Below, one piece after another: positions 27,903-37,679 of a DNA stretch of 64,000 nt (positions are counted from its first letter, which is position 1; the number at the start of each line of letters is the position of its first letter). Made by a program: the position numbers and the translations under genes. This stretch comes from a virus. The notes beneath the pieces were generated by a model. The model was not told the DNA's origin. It did not search any database and worked only from the letters and a program-made list of their open reading frames with translations. The stretch spans positions 96,001 through 160,000 of the IMG/VR virus record IMGVR_UViG_3300047200_000500. One strand, written 5' to 3'.

Positions 27903-28631
27903 ATGAAAATATCATCTCTACATGTTTTGTGTGAGGGTTACTCAAGAACATATAAGTTTGGATATGATAATTTTAACATTGATCCAAGACCAAATGTTGT
28001 AGCTTTAGGTAGGTGGGTAAACCATAAAGGCACTAAGCTTCTTTGTGGAATCAATTTAAATTATCTTTCTGATGATCAAGTATTGGAGCTTCAGAAAAAT
28101 CTTCAAACAATTCTTGGAGATAGAAACCTTAGGCGCAGGGTTAGAAAATTACGTGGATTAATGCCTCAAATATTTGATCGCGCTTATAGAACTTACAATC
28201 AAGATCATGTTAAAATTGTTGCCCCAGGAACTCTTAAATTCTTTAAAGAGCCAAAACCTCAACCTATTAAAGAACCAGTCACTAAGGCTATTGAACCAAT
28301 AAAAGCTAAAAAAGAATTAAAGAAGCCAGATGATGTCTCTAAAGATATAAATAAGATCGATAAAGATGAAAGAGGTATTGATTTTGATAAGGAAGAACCA
28401 GAACAAGATGATAAAGATATTCTAAGCAAAGAAAAAAAGGTTGCTTCAAAGGATATTAAACTTCAAAAAGGTGAACCTATTAAACTTGTTGATCCTAGGA
28501 AAAAAATTAAAGAACCTATTGAACCTGATAAAGATGCTAATTTTGGTAATTCAAAACCAGAAATTGTTGAGCCAGAAGATTTAGATTTTGAAGATGGTGA
28601 AGAGGATACAGATGAAGGAATTCCTAAGTAA
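27903..28631 (+). CDS. DNA end protector-like protein (T4 gp2-like) with an acidic tail
   Basis: DPRPNVVALG...GINLNYL...AYRTY pattern. Confidence 0.45.
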   Translation: MKISSLHVLCEGYSRTYKFGYDNFNIDPRPNVVALGRWVNHKGTKLLCGINLNYLSDDQVLELQKNLQTILGDRNLRRRVRKLRGLMPQIFDRAYRTYNQDHVKIVAPGTLKFFKEPKPQPIKEPVTKAIEPIKAKKELKKPDDVSKDINKIDKDERGIDFDKEEPEQDDKDILSKEKKVASKDIKLQKGEPIKLVDPRKKIKEPIEPDKDANFGNSKPEIVEPEDLDFEDGEEDTDEGIPK

Positions 28632-28638
28632 ATAGGAT

Positions 28639-29328
28639 GTGGTTTACGAAAAAGGCAAGATTCCAGATTGTAGTAATGTAGAAGAGTTAAAGTCTTTTTT
28701 TAAAGATCATGAAGATTACACCACTCTTGAAATAGCTTTAAGATATAAAATCGCTCCAGGAAGTTTAAGATGTTGGAGAGTTAAAGCTGGCCTTAAATCA
28801 AAAACAGCCCATTCTGAATTTTTGAAGTCACATAAACTGCAAAAAAAACTTATCATTGAACATGTACATGATCCATTAATATGGGATAATAAAGAATGGT
28901 TTGAAAATGCTTATTCTAAATATGGAATAATAACAATTTCTAAAATAATAGGTAAAACTATTAGGACTGTTCAAAAAAGATTAGCAAAGTATGAAATTAA
29001 GACAAAACTCTGGAAAGATTCTATAAAAAGTAAAAATCCATATAATAATGAAGCCTGGATAGTTGAACAATATTTTACTAATAAAATTGGTGTTGCTAAA
29101 ATGGCTAAAATAGCTGGTGTTAGCATATATACCATGTATGATTGGTTAGTAAGTAAAGGAATTTACCCAAGATCAATAAGCAGGGCTGGTGCTATATATA
29201 GATGGCGTATGTTAAAAATTAAAAAGAAACTAAGATTAGAAAAGTACAATAAAGTATATGGAACAAGCTTTCAGAGTTTTAAAGAAGTTGCTGATGCAAG
29301 ATCCAAGGATAAAGAAGGTAAAGTCTGA
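28639..29328 (+). CDS. multi-HTH DNA-binding protein
   Basis: Three HTH-like repeats (TLEIALRYKIAPGSLRCW; IITISKIIGKTIRTVQKRL; VAKMAKIAGVSIYTMYDWL). Confidence 0.65.
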   Translation: MVYEKGKIPDCSNVEELKSFFKDHEDYTTLEIALRYKIAPGSLRCWRVKAGLKSKTAHSEFLKSHKLQKKLIIEHVHDPLIWDNKEWFENAYSKYGIITISKIIGKTIRTVQKRLAKYEIKTKLWKDSIKSKNPYNNEAWIVEQYFTNKIGVAKMAKIAGVSIYTMYDWLVSKGIYPRSISRAGAIYRWRMLKIKKKLRLEKYNKVYGTSFQSFKEVADARSKDKEGKV

Positions 29329-30466
29329 TTACAATGGTTTCATAGTCTATTGGAATAATCATATTAAAGAAAAAATCCAGATAGCTAGGAGATATTACGG
29401 TAAAAAAATAAGATCAAAGAAAAAGCATTTTTTATTAGTTGTTCCAGAAGTTTGGTGGTGGGATAAATTATCAAATGATAAAATAGTAGCGAGGCATTTT
29501 AAATATAACATAAACGAATTAGAACTTAATAATAGTGATGAATATTTCAATTTATCTAAATGGTCATATCAAGATTTTGAAACATTAAAATTTTATGATA
29601 AATTAATGTTCATGCATGGTTTGCTAGATTTTATAGTCGAACACGGATGGAAACCATTTAAATATCCAGATGAAGTACTAAGAGAGAATTATCAAAATAT
29701 TTTAAATGAAGGAACTAACAGTCATAGAAGAAGAAATGGTTACAGATTGGCGAAGTATTTTTTTAAAAATAAGGATCGTCCAGGTGATTTAATTCTTGAA
29801 CATTTTATGCCAAATGGTCACTATAATTTAAGTAATAATAAATTTATTTATAATTTTAAACATAAAAATACCATCTGCAGATGGTATAAAGCAATAAGAA
29901 GAATAATACGTAAAAATAAATGGTTTAAAAAAGAAGAAATTAATAAAACAATAGATTTTGACTATAAAACATTAATAAAAGCAATAAAGGTTTCTGATAG
30001 GCGTCAAAAATTCTTTAAATCTTTTAAGTTCAGGCCAATAGCTTTATATAGAGTAATAATAAAAGATCTTGGATTATCTGGTAAAACATTTTTTGATTTT
30101 GAGCCTAGATATGGAGAAAAATTTTTAGCGGCGGTAGTAGAAGAATGTCCATATTATTTTAGACCAACCTGCCCGTTTGATACTTATTATAAAGATGTTG
30201 CCAAATTTATAGAATATGATGATATAAGTGAAGAAGATAAATCAATAAGATATGATTTTTCAATAATTGATTTTGATTTTAAATTTAATAAATCAGTTTT
30301 TGATTATTATATGAAAAATTATTTCAATAAAATTGATGTTAACGTAATATTTGTTAGTAATCCTTATGTTGAAGAAATTATGAAAAAATATCCACCAACA
30401 AAAAAGATTCCAATGAGGATATGTCATTTTGAACCTTTAAATGGATATTTTTTCATATATAATTAA
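29258..30466 (+). CDS. degenerate DNA-methyltransferase-like protein (paralogue of the 3597 C-terminal domain)
   Basis: IVEHGW, RPGDLILEHF, FRP...LGLSGKTFFDFEPRYGEKFLAA align with LIDYGW, TPGNDTILHF, FNLSGSWFDPCAGWGNRLLAA; SPPF replaced by DFDF. Confidence 0.55.
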   Translation: MEQAFRVLKKLLMQDPRIKKVKSDYNGFIVYWNNHIKEKIQIARRYYGKKIRSKKKHFLLVVPEVWWWDKLSNDKIVARHFKYNINELELNNSDEYFNLSKWSYQDFETLKFYDKLMFMHGLLDFIVEHGWKPFKYPDEVLRENYQNILNEGTNSHRRRNGYRLAKYFFKNKDRPGDLILEHFMPNGHYNLSNNKFIYNFKHKNTICRWYKAIRRIIRKNKWFKKEEINKTIDFDYKTLIKAIKVSDRRQKFFKSFKFRPIALYRVIIKDLGLSGKTFFDFEPRYGEKFLAAVVEECPYYFRPTCPFDTYYKDVAKFIEYDDISEEDKSIRYDFSIIDFDFKFNKSVFDYYMKNYFNKIDVNVIFVSNPYVEEIMKKYPPTKKIPMRICHFEPLNGYFFIYN

Positions 30467-30531
30467 CCAAATATGACTTTCCGTGAATGGATTGCCTATT
30501 ACACGTCATGATTTGTGTTCAAATTTAATAT

Positions 30532-30771
30532 ATGAGCTTCAATGACATAACCATAATTAGAACTTTACCAATAGTTGGTAAATTTGTTAAAGTAGCTGAT
30601 GATAACAATAATCTTCCTAAAGTACATCCATCTGAAGTACCCTATCCTGTTTTAGAGGCTAGTCCGACTTCAAAAATGGAATTCATTGAATTTCCAGCTG
30701 TTACTGCTGATAGTCAGACGAATGTTGATTATCAAAAGGTTGTTAAAGATATTGCATTAGCTAAACTGTAA
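30532..30771 (+). CDS. hypothetical protein
   Basis: ORF preceded by the AAATTTA motif. Confidence 0.6.
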   Translation: MSFNDITIIRTLPIVGKFVKVADDNNNLPKVHPSEVPYPVLEASPTSKMEFIEFPAVTADSQTNVDYQKVVKDIALAKL

Positions 30772-30812
30772 ATTAATTACTGGAGTAACTGGTTTGTGAT
30801 CAAAAATATTAT

Positions 30813-31733
30813 ATGATTGATTGGAACATAGTAAAAAAATTACATGTTGAATACAATAATAAACAAATAGCTGAAAAATTAAATATTTCAATTGGATCAG
30901 TACAAAGAATAATGAGAAATATTAATGAAGGTAAAGTAAGAAATAAGATTAATAATCCTGAACCAATATTTAAAAGATTGCATTTATCGGAAAATGAATA
31001 TATTAAATTATTAAATAAATTATATTGGTCAGATAATCTCTCTCAAAGGAAAATAGCCGCTGTTTTTAATGTTCACCAAAGGACCATTGAGATTAGTTTT
31101 AAAAAATATAATATTAGAACTAGATCTTTGTCAGAAGCATCAAAATGGGAACAAAAGTCTTGTAATTTAACACCCGATCAAATAGAAATTATTGATGGGT
31201 TAATGCTTGGTGATGGCCATTTAGATAAATCAAATGTTTCAGCTAGAATTCAATATGTCTGTAAGTTTAAAAAAATCTTAATTGATATTACTAAAGAATT
31301 CAGTCAATTACATTTTAGTGAGCCATGGGGTACTAAAATTTCTAATGAATCATGGAGAACTAAAAATAAATGCTGGTTTATAAAATCATCATTTTATAAT
31401 GATTTGTTAGTTCATAGAAATAGATGGTATAAAGATATTAAAATAATACCAAATGATGTCATGTTAACTGCAAAATCATTTTATTGGTGGTTCATTGGTG
31501 ATGGATATATTAAAAATAAATGTGTAGAGCTTTGTACTGATAATTTTAAACATGTCCATCTTGAAAAATTGCAATTAAAATTAAATAATTTAGGCTATAA
31601 ATCGTCAATTACTACTAGAAAAAGATTAAAGTTTAATCGTGATTCTAGTAGTAGATTTATTAATAATATTGAAAATAATAATAATATTGCACAAGAATAT
31701 CAATATAAATTTAACAAATTTCACGAGGTGTAA
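30813..31733 (+). CDS. HTH + LAGLIDADG homing endonuclease
   Basis: Two HTHs; IIDGLMLGDGHL and WWFIGDG...LCTDNF. Confidence 0.85.
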   Translation: MIDWNIVKKLHVEYNNKQIAEKLNISIGSVQRIMRNINEGKVRNKINNPEPIFKRLHLSENEYIKLLNKLYWSDNLSQRKIAAVFNVHQRTIEISFKKYNIRTRSLSEASKWEQKSCNLTPDQIEIIDGLMLGDGHLDKSNVSARIQYVCKFKKILIDITKEFSQLHFSEPWGTKISNESWRTKNKCWFIKSSFYNDLLVHRNRWYKDIKIIPNDVMLTAKSFYWWFIGDGYIKNKCVELCTDNFKHVHLEKLQLKLNNLGYKSSITTRKRLKFNRDSSSRFINNIENNNNIAQEYQYKFNKFHEV

Positions 31734-31739
31734 TATAAC

Positions 31740-32795
31740 ATGAAAAAAATTTCCTTAATAAGTGGCTGTACAGGACAAGATGGCTCATATTTAATTGATC
31801 ATTTATTAAGTTTAGGATATGTTGTGCATGGTATTATTAGAAGATCATCTTCTTTTAATACGAGTAAAATAGATCATATAATAAATTCAAAAGCACATGG
31901 CTCAACATTTTTTATGCATCATGGTGATTTAACTGATTCTAATAATATCAATAAATTGGTTTCTGAAATAAAACCAAATGAATTTTATAATTTAGGAGCT
32001 ATGAGCCATGTTAAAGTTTCATTTGAGGTTCCAGAATACACTGCAAATGTTGATGCGCTAGGACCAATGCGTGTTGTTGAAGCTGTTAGAATGTTTTCAC
32101 CAGAAACTAAGGTTTACAATGCGGCTACAAGTGAAATGTTTGGTGGTCAAATTGATGAAATGCCAAAAAATGGATTTGATGAAGAATGCAAATTTCATCC
32201 TAGATCGCCATATGGTGTTGCCAAATTGTATGGACATTGGATATGCAGGAACTATAAAGAGGCATACAATTTGTTTGTTTGTAATGGTATATTATTTAAT
32301 CATTCTTCACCTCGTAGAGGGGAAACTTTTTTAACTAGAAAAGTTACTTTATGGTGCAGTAATAATTTCCATAATTTAAAAAATAATCTTGAAGTTAGGC
32401 CATTAGAAATAGGCAATTTAAATGCAATGCGTGATGAAGGTCATGCAAAAGATTACGTAAAAGCAATGCACATGATGTTACAATGTGATAAACCAAATGA
32501 TTATGTTGTTTCTATGGGTGAAACTCATTCAGTTAGGGAATGGATTGAAAAATGTTTTAAATATATGGGTCTTAATTTAAGATGGGAAGGAAATGGTATA
32601 AAAGAAATAGGGTTAGTCAATGATAAAATCGCGGTTGTTGTTAATCCAAAATATTTTAGACCGTCAGAAGTTGATATTCTACTTGGTAATTCTAGTAAAA
32701 TAAGATCTGAACTTAAATGGAAACCAACATTTTCATTTGATGATTTGGTAAATGATATGATGGAACATGATATAAGTAATTATAATAAAATTTAA
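31740..32795 (+). CDS. gmd: GDP-mannose 4,6-dehydratase
   Basis: GCTGQDGSYL, YNLGAMSHVKVSFEVPEYT, ATSEMFG, PRSPYGVAK, GILFNH, RGETFLTRK, YFRPSEVDILLG. Confidence 0.97.
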   Translation: MKKISLISGCTGQDGSYLIDHLLSLGYVVHGIIRRSSSFNTSKIDHIINSKAHGSTFFMHHGDLTDSNNINKLVSEIKPNEFYNLGAMSHVKVSFEVPEYTANVDALGPMRVVEAVRMFSPETKVYNAATSEMFGGQIDEMPKNGFDEECKFHPRSPYGVAKLYGHWICRNYKEAYNLFVCNGILFNHSSPRRGETFLTRKVTLWCSNNFHNLKNNLEVRPLEIGNLNAMRDEGHAKDYVKAMHMMLQCDKPNDYVVSMGETHSVREWIEKCFKYMGLNLRWEGNGIKEIGLVNDKIAVVVNPKYFRPSEVDILLGNSSKIRSELKWKPTFSFDDLVNDMMEHDISNYNKI

Positions 32796-32798
32796 TTT

Positions 32799-33038
32799 AT
32801 GGAGGCAACAGATTTTTTAACAGAATTATTTGCCAAACGCGGAATACCTAGCGTTGGTGGTTTAAGCTACCAATTTATTAACAGTTCAGATATTAATAAT
32901 ATAACAATGTCTTTTCATGCTATAGATCCGTTAACATGTAGGTCAGAACATTTTTATGATACTAGGAACAACATATTGTTCAGAAAAAAGTTGTTATCAA
33001 AAAATCATGCAGTGTGGGAACAAATATTTTTGGTTTAA
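32799..33038 (+). CDS. hypothetical protein
   Basis: Short ORF between gmd and a structural gene. Confidence 0.55.
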   Translation: MEATDFLTELFAKRGIPSVGGLSYQFINSSDINNITMSFHAIDPLTCRSEHFYDTRNNILFRKKLLSKNHAVWEQIFLV

Positions 33039-33065
33039 CTCAAATATATCAAGAGGTAATAAAGA

Positions 33066-35759
33066 ATGACCATACAAATAGGCGTACCCAATAAGAGTGA
33101 TCTTGTTGATCGCGAATATATCGAGATACCTGGTGCTGATGGTAATACTCACGCTTTCCAATATGATAAGGAAACAAATACTTTATTTCAAAAAGAATCT
33201 CAAATAATAATTCCATCATTCCATGGTTTAACTCACGTCTCAGAAGACCCAATACCAGAGGCTACTCCTTGGCTTCGTGGTTTATTATCTGCTACTGATA
33301 AAGCAAAACTTGATGCACTGACCCAGACTAGACTTGGTGTTCTTGGATTCATGGGTGCTGGTATGCCAGATGATGGTGGTTGGATGCAGGGCGATATTAT
33401 ACTTGCTGCAGGCAGTGAATTCATAAGTCTTGAGAGAGTTGGCAATATAATTCGTTTCACAGTTGATACCCCTGTACCACTTTCTTGTGGCTGTGAAGAA
33501 TGTGCCCAGATATATTGGATTCAAGATGAATCTGATCTCAGATCAGTAAGACCGCCAAGTTGTAATGGTATAATGCCAGGTGTTAATTCATATGGTGAAT
33601 TGAAGATTTATGCGTACCCGGCAAATCAATTGTTTAATGCCAATAATCCAAATGCCTATTTTAACCAAAAGAACACTTATCCAACCCTTCAATTTGTTCG
33701 GTATGCCAATGGCAATATTCAAAATTTAGCGCAGCTTAATCTTGTACTTCGTCGCAGAGGTGATGGTACAACTAATGTTGGATGGTCAATGACACCTGGA
33801 CCAGCTGAGGTACCAGAATGTGTTTGGTATATGGGATCTGATTCTGGCGGTCGCCAGATAACATTTGAATTATCCCCATCTAGTGATCCTGGATTACTCG
33901 GTGCATTGTTATATAATGGCCATAGTATCACTAAGCAAATGGCCATAGTTACAGGATATACAAAGACTATTTTGTCAACCAACCAATATAATGTTAAATT
34001 GTGGTCAGTTCCAAATACTAAGCCAATTGGTAATGACTTTGTTGCCACTAATATATGGCAATATAATTCTGGTACAACTGGACAAACATTAGTAACTGAC
34101 GCTACGATCCAGCTTCTTGAAATTGGTGAATTGGTTGATTTGTGGCAGTTTGAAATTTCGAGAGTTAATAATGTGCGCAAATATTTATATTACTTTAAAC
34201 AACGCCCAAGATTAAGTCCTGCTAATCTTTGGTCATTTTCAAATGCTATTAAATTTGGTGAATTGTATGAACAAAGAGATGACATTAACGAAAAGACACA
34301 TACTGGAACTGGTACAGAATTAACAGCACACATTGATCATGTTAGTGATATACGTGTTTATGAGAGAACTCAATGGGGTATAACTGGATTTGAAGATCCG
34401 TTATATTTAGCTAATGATGGGTTCATTGATTTCCATAAATCATACGAGCCAAGTGGAGCAATCGTCAATGGCAGATATCAAGCTGTCATAGATTATAGCA
34501 TACCTGGTCTTAAAATTGAAAAAATCATTAATGACACTCGTGGTGACATAAATCACGATGGTAAAATAGATGACGCTGATCTTGCTTTATTAATGGCGTC
34601 AATGAACACTGTTTCAACTGACCCAAATTACAACCCAGATGCTGATTTTAATAAAGATGATGCCGTGGATGTTCGTGATCTTGGAATATTTGGAACCAAC
34701 TATAATATTTATGCTAAAGAATACAGTGATCAACCAATATTTATTTGGCATCGTGGTAATCATAAAAATATTTTAATGAAGGCCAAGATTGGCAGACCAA
34801 CAACAAGTGGTTTCCCGCCCATAGATATATTATTTGGAGCACCAATTGATAATGTTGATGATGTTTATATTAATGTAGTTAAGCGCGGTACATTTAGCAC
34901 TGGTGTTTTTGCTAATTTACCATATATAATAATTAATAGTCAGGAATTTAGATCTGTTCCGCAATCTGGAACACTAAGAGTATTAACAGGTGTGTACAGA
35001 GACATATTGTGGAAATATAGTCATAAAATATTTGATGGTAGTCAATTAATATTAATAGGTGTTGATACTATGTTCCCTTATGATGAAGATTATCTCACTG
35101 GAACTAATGTTAGTGTTGGGACATCGCCAACAGTAGAAACGTCAACAAATGCTGTGATTTGTCAATTATTACATGCAGATTATTCAACATCTGCCATGAG
35201 ACTTGAATTCAGTGTCAATTCAACTATTGGATCACAGTCTGTACAATTGCAAATTAGTGCTGGTCTTCTCAGCATGAAGACACCATATAATCTTGATAGA
35301 CTTGCCCTTGATGGTAAACCATACCATTATGATGATTTTGTACGTGGATACGCCCCTGGTCAATTTGCAGTAAGTCAGATCTATACTCAAATCGGATTCA
35401 TAAGTGATGGGATAGGTGCCAACACTAGTTCAGACGTTGAAGGGTTTAAAGTTTATGATGGTGGCCTGTTACCGGCAACTGTTAATGGCATGACTGAAAA
35501 ATGGAATGATTTAGTAATAATGGTTCGTGATAATCAACTTTGGATTTGGTGGAATGGATTGCTGATGTCACCAGATAAAGATCTGTCTAGTAAATTGCCA
35601 ACTCCTGTTGCAGTTAGTACTCCTTACTGGCCGGTCAATCCGTTACAGATTGGTAAAGTTGGATTCAGATTGTGGCCTGGGGCATCGTTAAGAGATATTG
35701 AAGTGAGAGATCAATTATCGCACTTCAACGAGTTCACCTATGGTCAACTGAGCATGTGA
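33066..35759 (+). CDS. virion structural (tail/fibre-associated) protein with an embedded dockerin domain
   Basis: ATPWLRGLLSATDKAKLDAL fibre motif; GDINHDGKIDDADL...ADFNKDDAVDVRDL duplicated Ca-binding loops; beta-rich C-terminus. Confidence 0.7.
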   Translation: MTIQIGVPNKSDLVDREYIEIPGADGNTHAFQYDKETNTLFQKESQIIIPSFHGLTHVSEDPIPEATPWLRGLLSATDKAKLDALTQTRLGVLGFMGAGMPDDGGWMQGDIILAAGSEFISLERVGNIIRFTVDTPVPLSCGCEECAQIYWIQDESDLRSVRPPSCNGIMPGVNSYGELKIYAYPANQLFNANNPNAYFNQKNTYPTLQFVRYANGNIQNLAQLNLVLRRRGDGTTNVGWSMTPGPAEVPECVWYMGSDSGGRQITFELSPSSDPGLLGALLYNGHSITKQMAIVTGYTKTILSTNQYNVKLWSVPNTKPIGNDFVATNIWQYNSGTTGQTLVTDATIQLLEIGELVDLWQFEISRVNNVRKYLYYFKQRPRLSPANLWSFSNAIKFGELYEQRDDINEKTHTGTGTELTAHIDHVSDIRVYERTQWGITGFEDPLYLANDGFIDFHKSYEPSGAIVNGRYQAVIDYSIPGLKIEKIINDTRGDINHDGKIDDADLALLMASMNTVSTDPNYNPDADFNKDDAVDVRDLGIFGTNYNIYAKEYSDQPIFIWHRGNHKNILMKAKIGRPTTSGFPPIDILFGAPIDNVDDVYINVVKRGTFSTGVFANLPYIIINSQEFRSVPQSGTLRVLTGVYRDILWKYSHKIFDGSQLILIGVDTMFPYDEDYLTGTNVSVGTSPTVETSTNAVICQLLHADYSTSAMRLEFSVNSTIGSQSVQLQISAGLLSMKTPYNLDRLALDGKPYHYDDFVRGYAPGQFAVSQIYTQIGFISDGIGANTSSDVEGFKVYDGGLLPATVNGMTEKWNDLVIMVRDNQLWIWWNGLLMSPDKDLSSKLPTPVAVSTPYWPVNPLQIGKVGFRLWPGASLRDIEVRDQLSHFNEFTYGQLSM

Positions 35760-35793
35760 AATTTTGCTGTAATCGTTACTCGTACCTAGAAAT

Positions 35794-37020
35794 ATGAGTG
35801 ACGATTACAGCAAAATAGGAATTAATGTTGACAATTATAAGGGTGGTCTATCATTTGAAGATTATCATTCAATTCCACCAATGTTTTTCACTAAACATCT
35901 TCAAGAAGTGCCATTCATAAACAGGTATAATGGTGGGTCAGCTTTTCTTATTGCTAGTGGTCCCAGTTTTAATGATTTAGATAAAACATTATTATATGAA
36001 CCTGGAATATTAACAATGGGATTAAATAATAGCCCATCTGTGTTTAGGCCAAATTTATGGACGTGTGTTGATGATCCAGCCAGTTTTTTACAATCAGTGT
36101 GGATGGACCCAAGAATTGAAAAAATAGTTCCAATATCTCACATTCACAAAAAATTATCTGATAGTACTGGTGATAAAATTACTGAAATAAAAATTGAGGT
36201 TGGTGATTGTCCAAATGTGTTTTATTATAGAAGAAATGAAGTTGTTAATACATCAAATTATTTGTTTGAAGATAAAATAAATTGGGGAAATCATTCCAAA
36301 GTTGGTGGTGGTAGATCAGTATTTTTAGCTGCAACTAGAATTCTTTATCTTTTAGGAATTAGAAATCTGTTTTTATTGGGTGTTGATTTTTATATGGATA
36401 AGTCTAAAGAATCTAAAGATGGAACAGGAGGAAATTATAGTTTTCCACAACCAAGATCTGTTGGAAGTATTAATGGCAATAATTCAACTTATGCTAGTAT
36501 GATGAAATGGTTTGGTAAAATGAGAAAAATTTTTGATGAAGTTGGATTTAAGGTTTATAATTGTAATCCTAAAAGCAGATTAAATGTGTTTCCTATGATA
36601 GAATTTACTGAGGCTATCGACCTATCCTTGAAAAATTTTCCAAGAGTAAAATCTGAAAAAACACTTGGGATGTATACCAGAAAGGCTGATGTTGAAAAAG
36701 AAGCAAAAGTTATTGAGGCCAAGAAAATAGCGTCTCAATACAATGAAGATGATAAAACAAAAATTAAAACATTGTTAGATGCAAGAAGGAAAGATTTAAC
36801 AGATGCAAAAACTAGAACAAAAGAGGCATTAAGAAAAGTTCATCCAGAGATAATTACAGATGAAGATGTGTTAAAATTTACAAAATCATGGTCTTCAAAT
36901 AAACCAACTGATCCAAAATATATGGAGTCTTATAATTTTAAAATGGAAGAAGAAAGAGTTAGAAAAATTTTTAAAGATGTAGAAATAGAAAAGAATAAAG
37001 TATGGGGAATAGTTAAATGA
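35794..37020 (+). CDS. Maf/DUF115-like glycosyltransferase
   Basis: AFLIASGPSF, GLNN, PNLWTCVD, SVFLAATRILYLLGIRNLFLLGVDF, VYNCNPKSRL. Confidence 0.7.
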   Translation: MSDDYSKIGINVDNYKGGLSFEDYHSIPPMFFTKHLQEVPFINRYNGGSAFLIASGPSFNDLDKTLLYEPGILTMGLNNSPSVFRPNLWTCVDDPASFLQSVWMDPRIEKIVPISHIHKKLSDSTGDKITEIKIEVGDCPNVFYYRRNEVVNTSNYLFEDKINWGNHSKVGGGRSVFLAATRILYLLGIRNLFLLGVDFYMDKSKESKDGTGGNYSFPQPRSVGSINGNNSTYASMMKWFGKMRKIFDEVGFKVYNCNPKSRLNVFPMIEFTEAIDLSLKNFPRVKSEKTLGMYTRKADVEKEAKVIEAKKIASQYNEDDKTKIKTLLDARRKDLTDAKTRTKEALRKVHPEIITDEDVLKFTKSWSSNKPTDPKYMESYNFKMEEERVRKIFKDVEIEKNKVWGIVK

Positions 37021-37679
37021 CTTGTGTAATTATTGGGGGAGGATCGTTTGCTTGTGAATTATTGTGTTATTTGAAATTAATGATTAAAAATCATAATTCT
37101 TTTCATGTAATATCAGAAAATCATCTTGATGTTGATGTTGATGATCGCAACTATCAAAAACATGATAATGTCAATAAATTTATAGAAAATATGCAGTTTA
37201 ATTCTGCGTTTATTGAAGTTTATTTAGGGTCTGGAAAACCAAATATTAAAAAAAGAATGCTTGATGAAATTTCAAAACATTTTGGTCCAAATATGCAATT
37301 GGGGCCACCTATTGCAATGGATAATTCAACTATTTTATCAAAAGAAATCGGTCTTGGTACAATTATAGCATCAAATGCTGTTATAGCTCCAATGTCAAAA
37401 ATTGGATCAAATGTTTTAGTTAATTATGGGGCCAGTATTGGCCACCACTGTTATATAAAAGATTTTGTTTGTATCGGACCAAATGTATCAATTGGTGGTG
37501 CATGTACAATTAAAGAAGGCGCTTATATTGGATCCGGAGCATGTGTAAGAGAAAAAATTGTAATAGGTGAAAATTCAATTGTTGGCATGGGTGCAGTAGT
37601 AACATCTAATGTTCCAGACAATACAACAGTTATTGGTATTCCGGCAAAACCAACTGTCATTAAAGGAGGATGGAGATGA
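37017..37679 (+). CDS. sugar N/O-acyltransferase (PerB/PglD/NeuD family, left-handed beta-helix)
   Basis: IIGGGSFA N-domain, hexapeptide repeats, catalytic-type IGHH, GMGAVV...GIPAKP. Confidence 0.88.
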   Translation: MTCVIIGGGSFACELLCYLKLMIKNHNSFHVISENHLDVDVDDRNYQKHDNVNKFIENMQFNSAFIEVYLGSGKPNIKKRMLDEISKHFGPNMQLGPPIAMDNSTILSKEIGLGTIIASNAVIAPMSKIGSNVLVNYGASIGHHCYIKDFVCIGPNVSIGGACTIKEGAYIGSGACVREKIVIGENSIVGMGAVVTSNVPDNTTVIGIPAKPTVIKGGWR

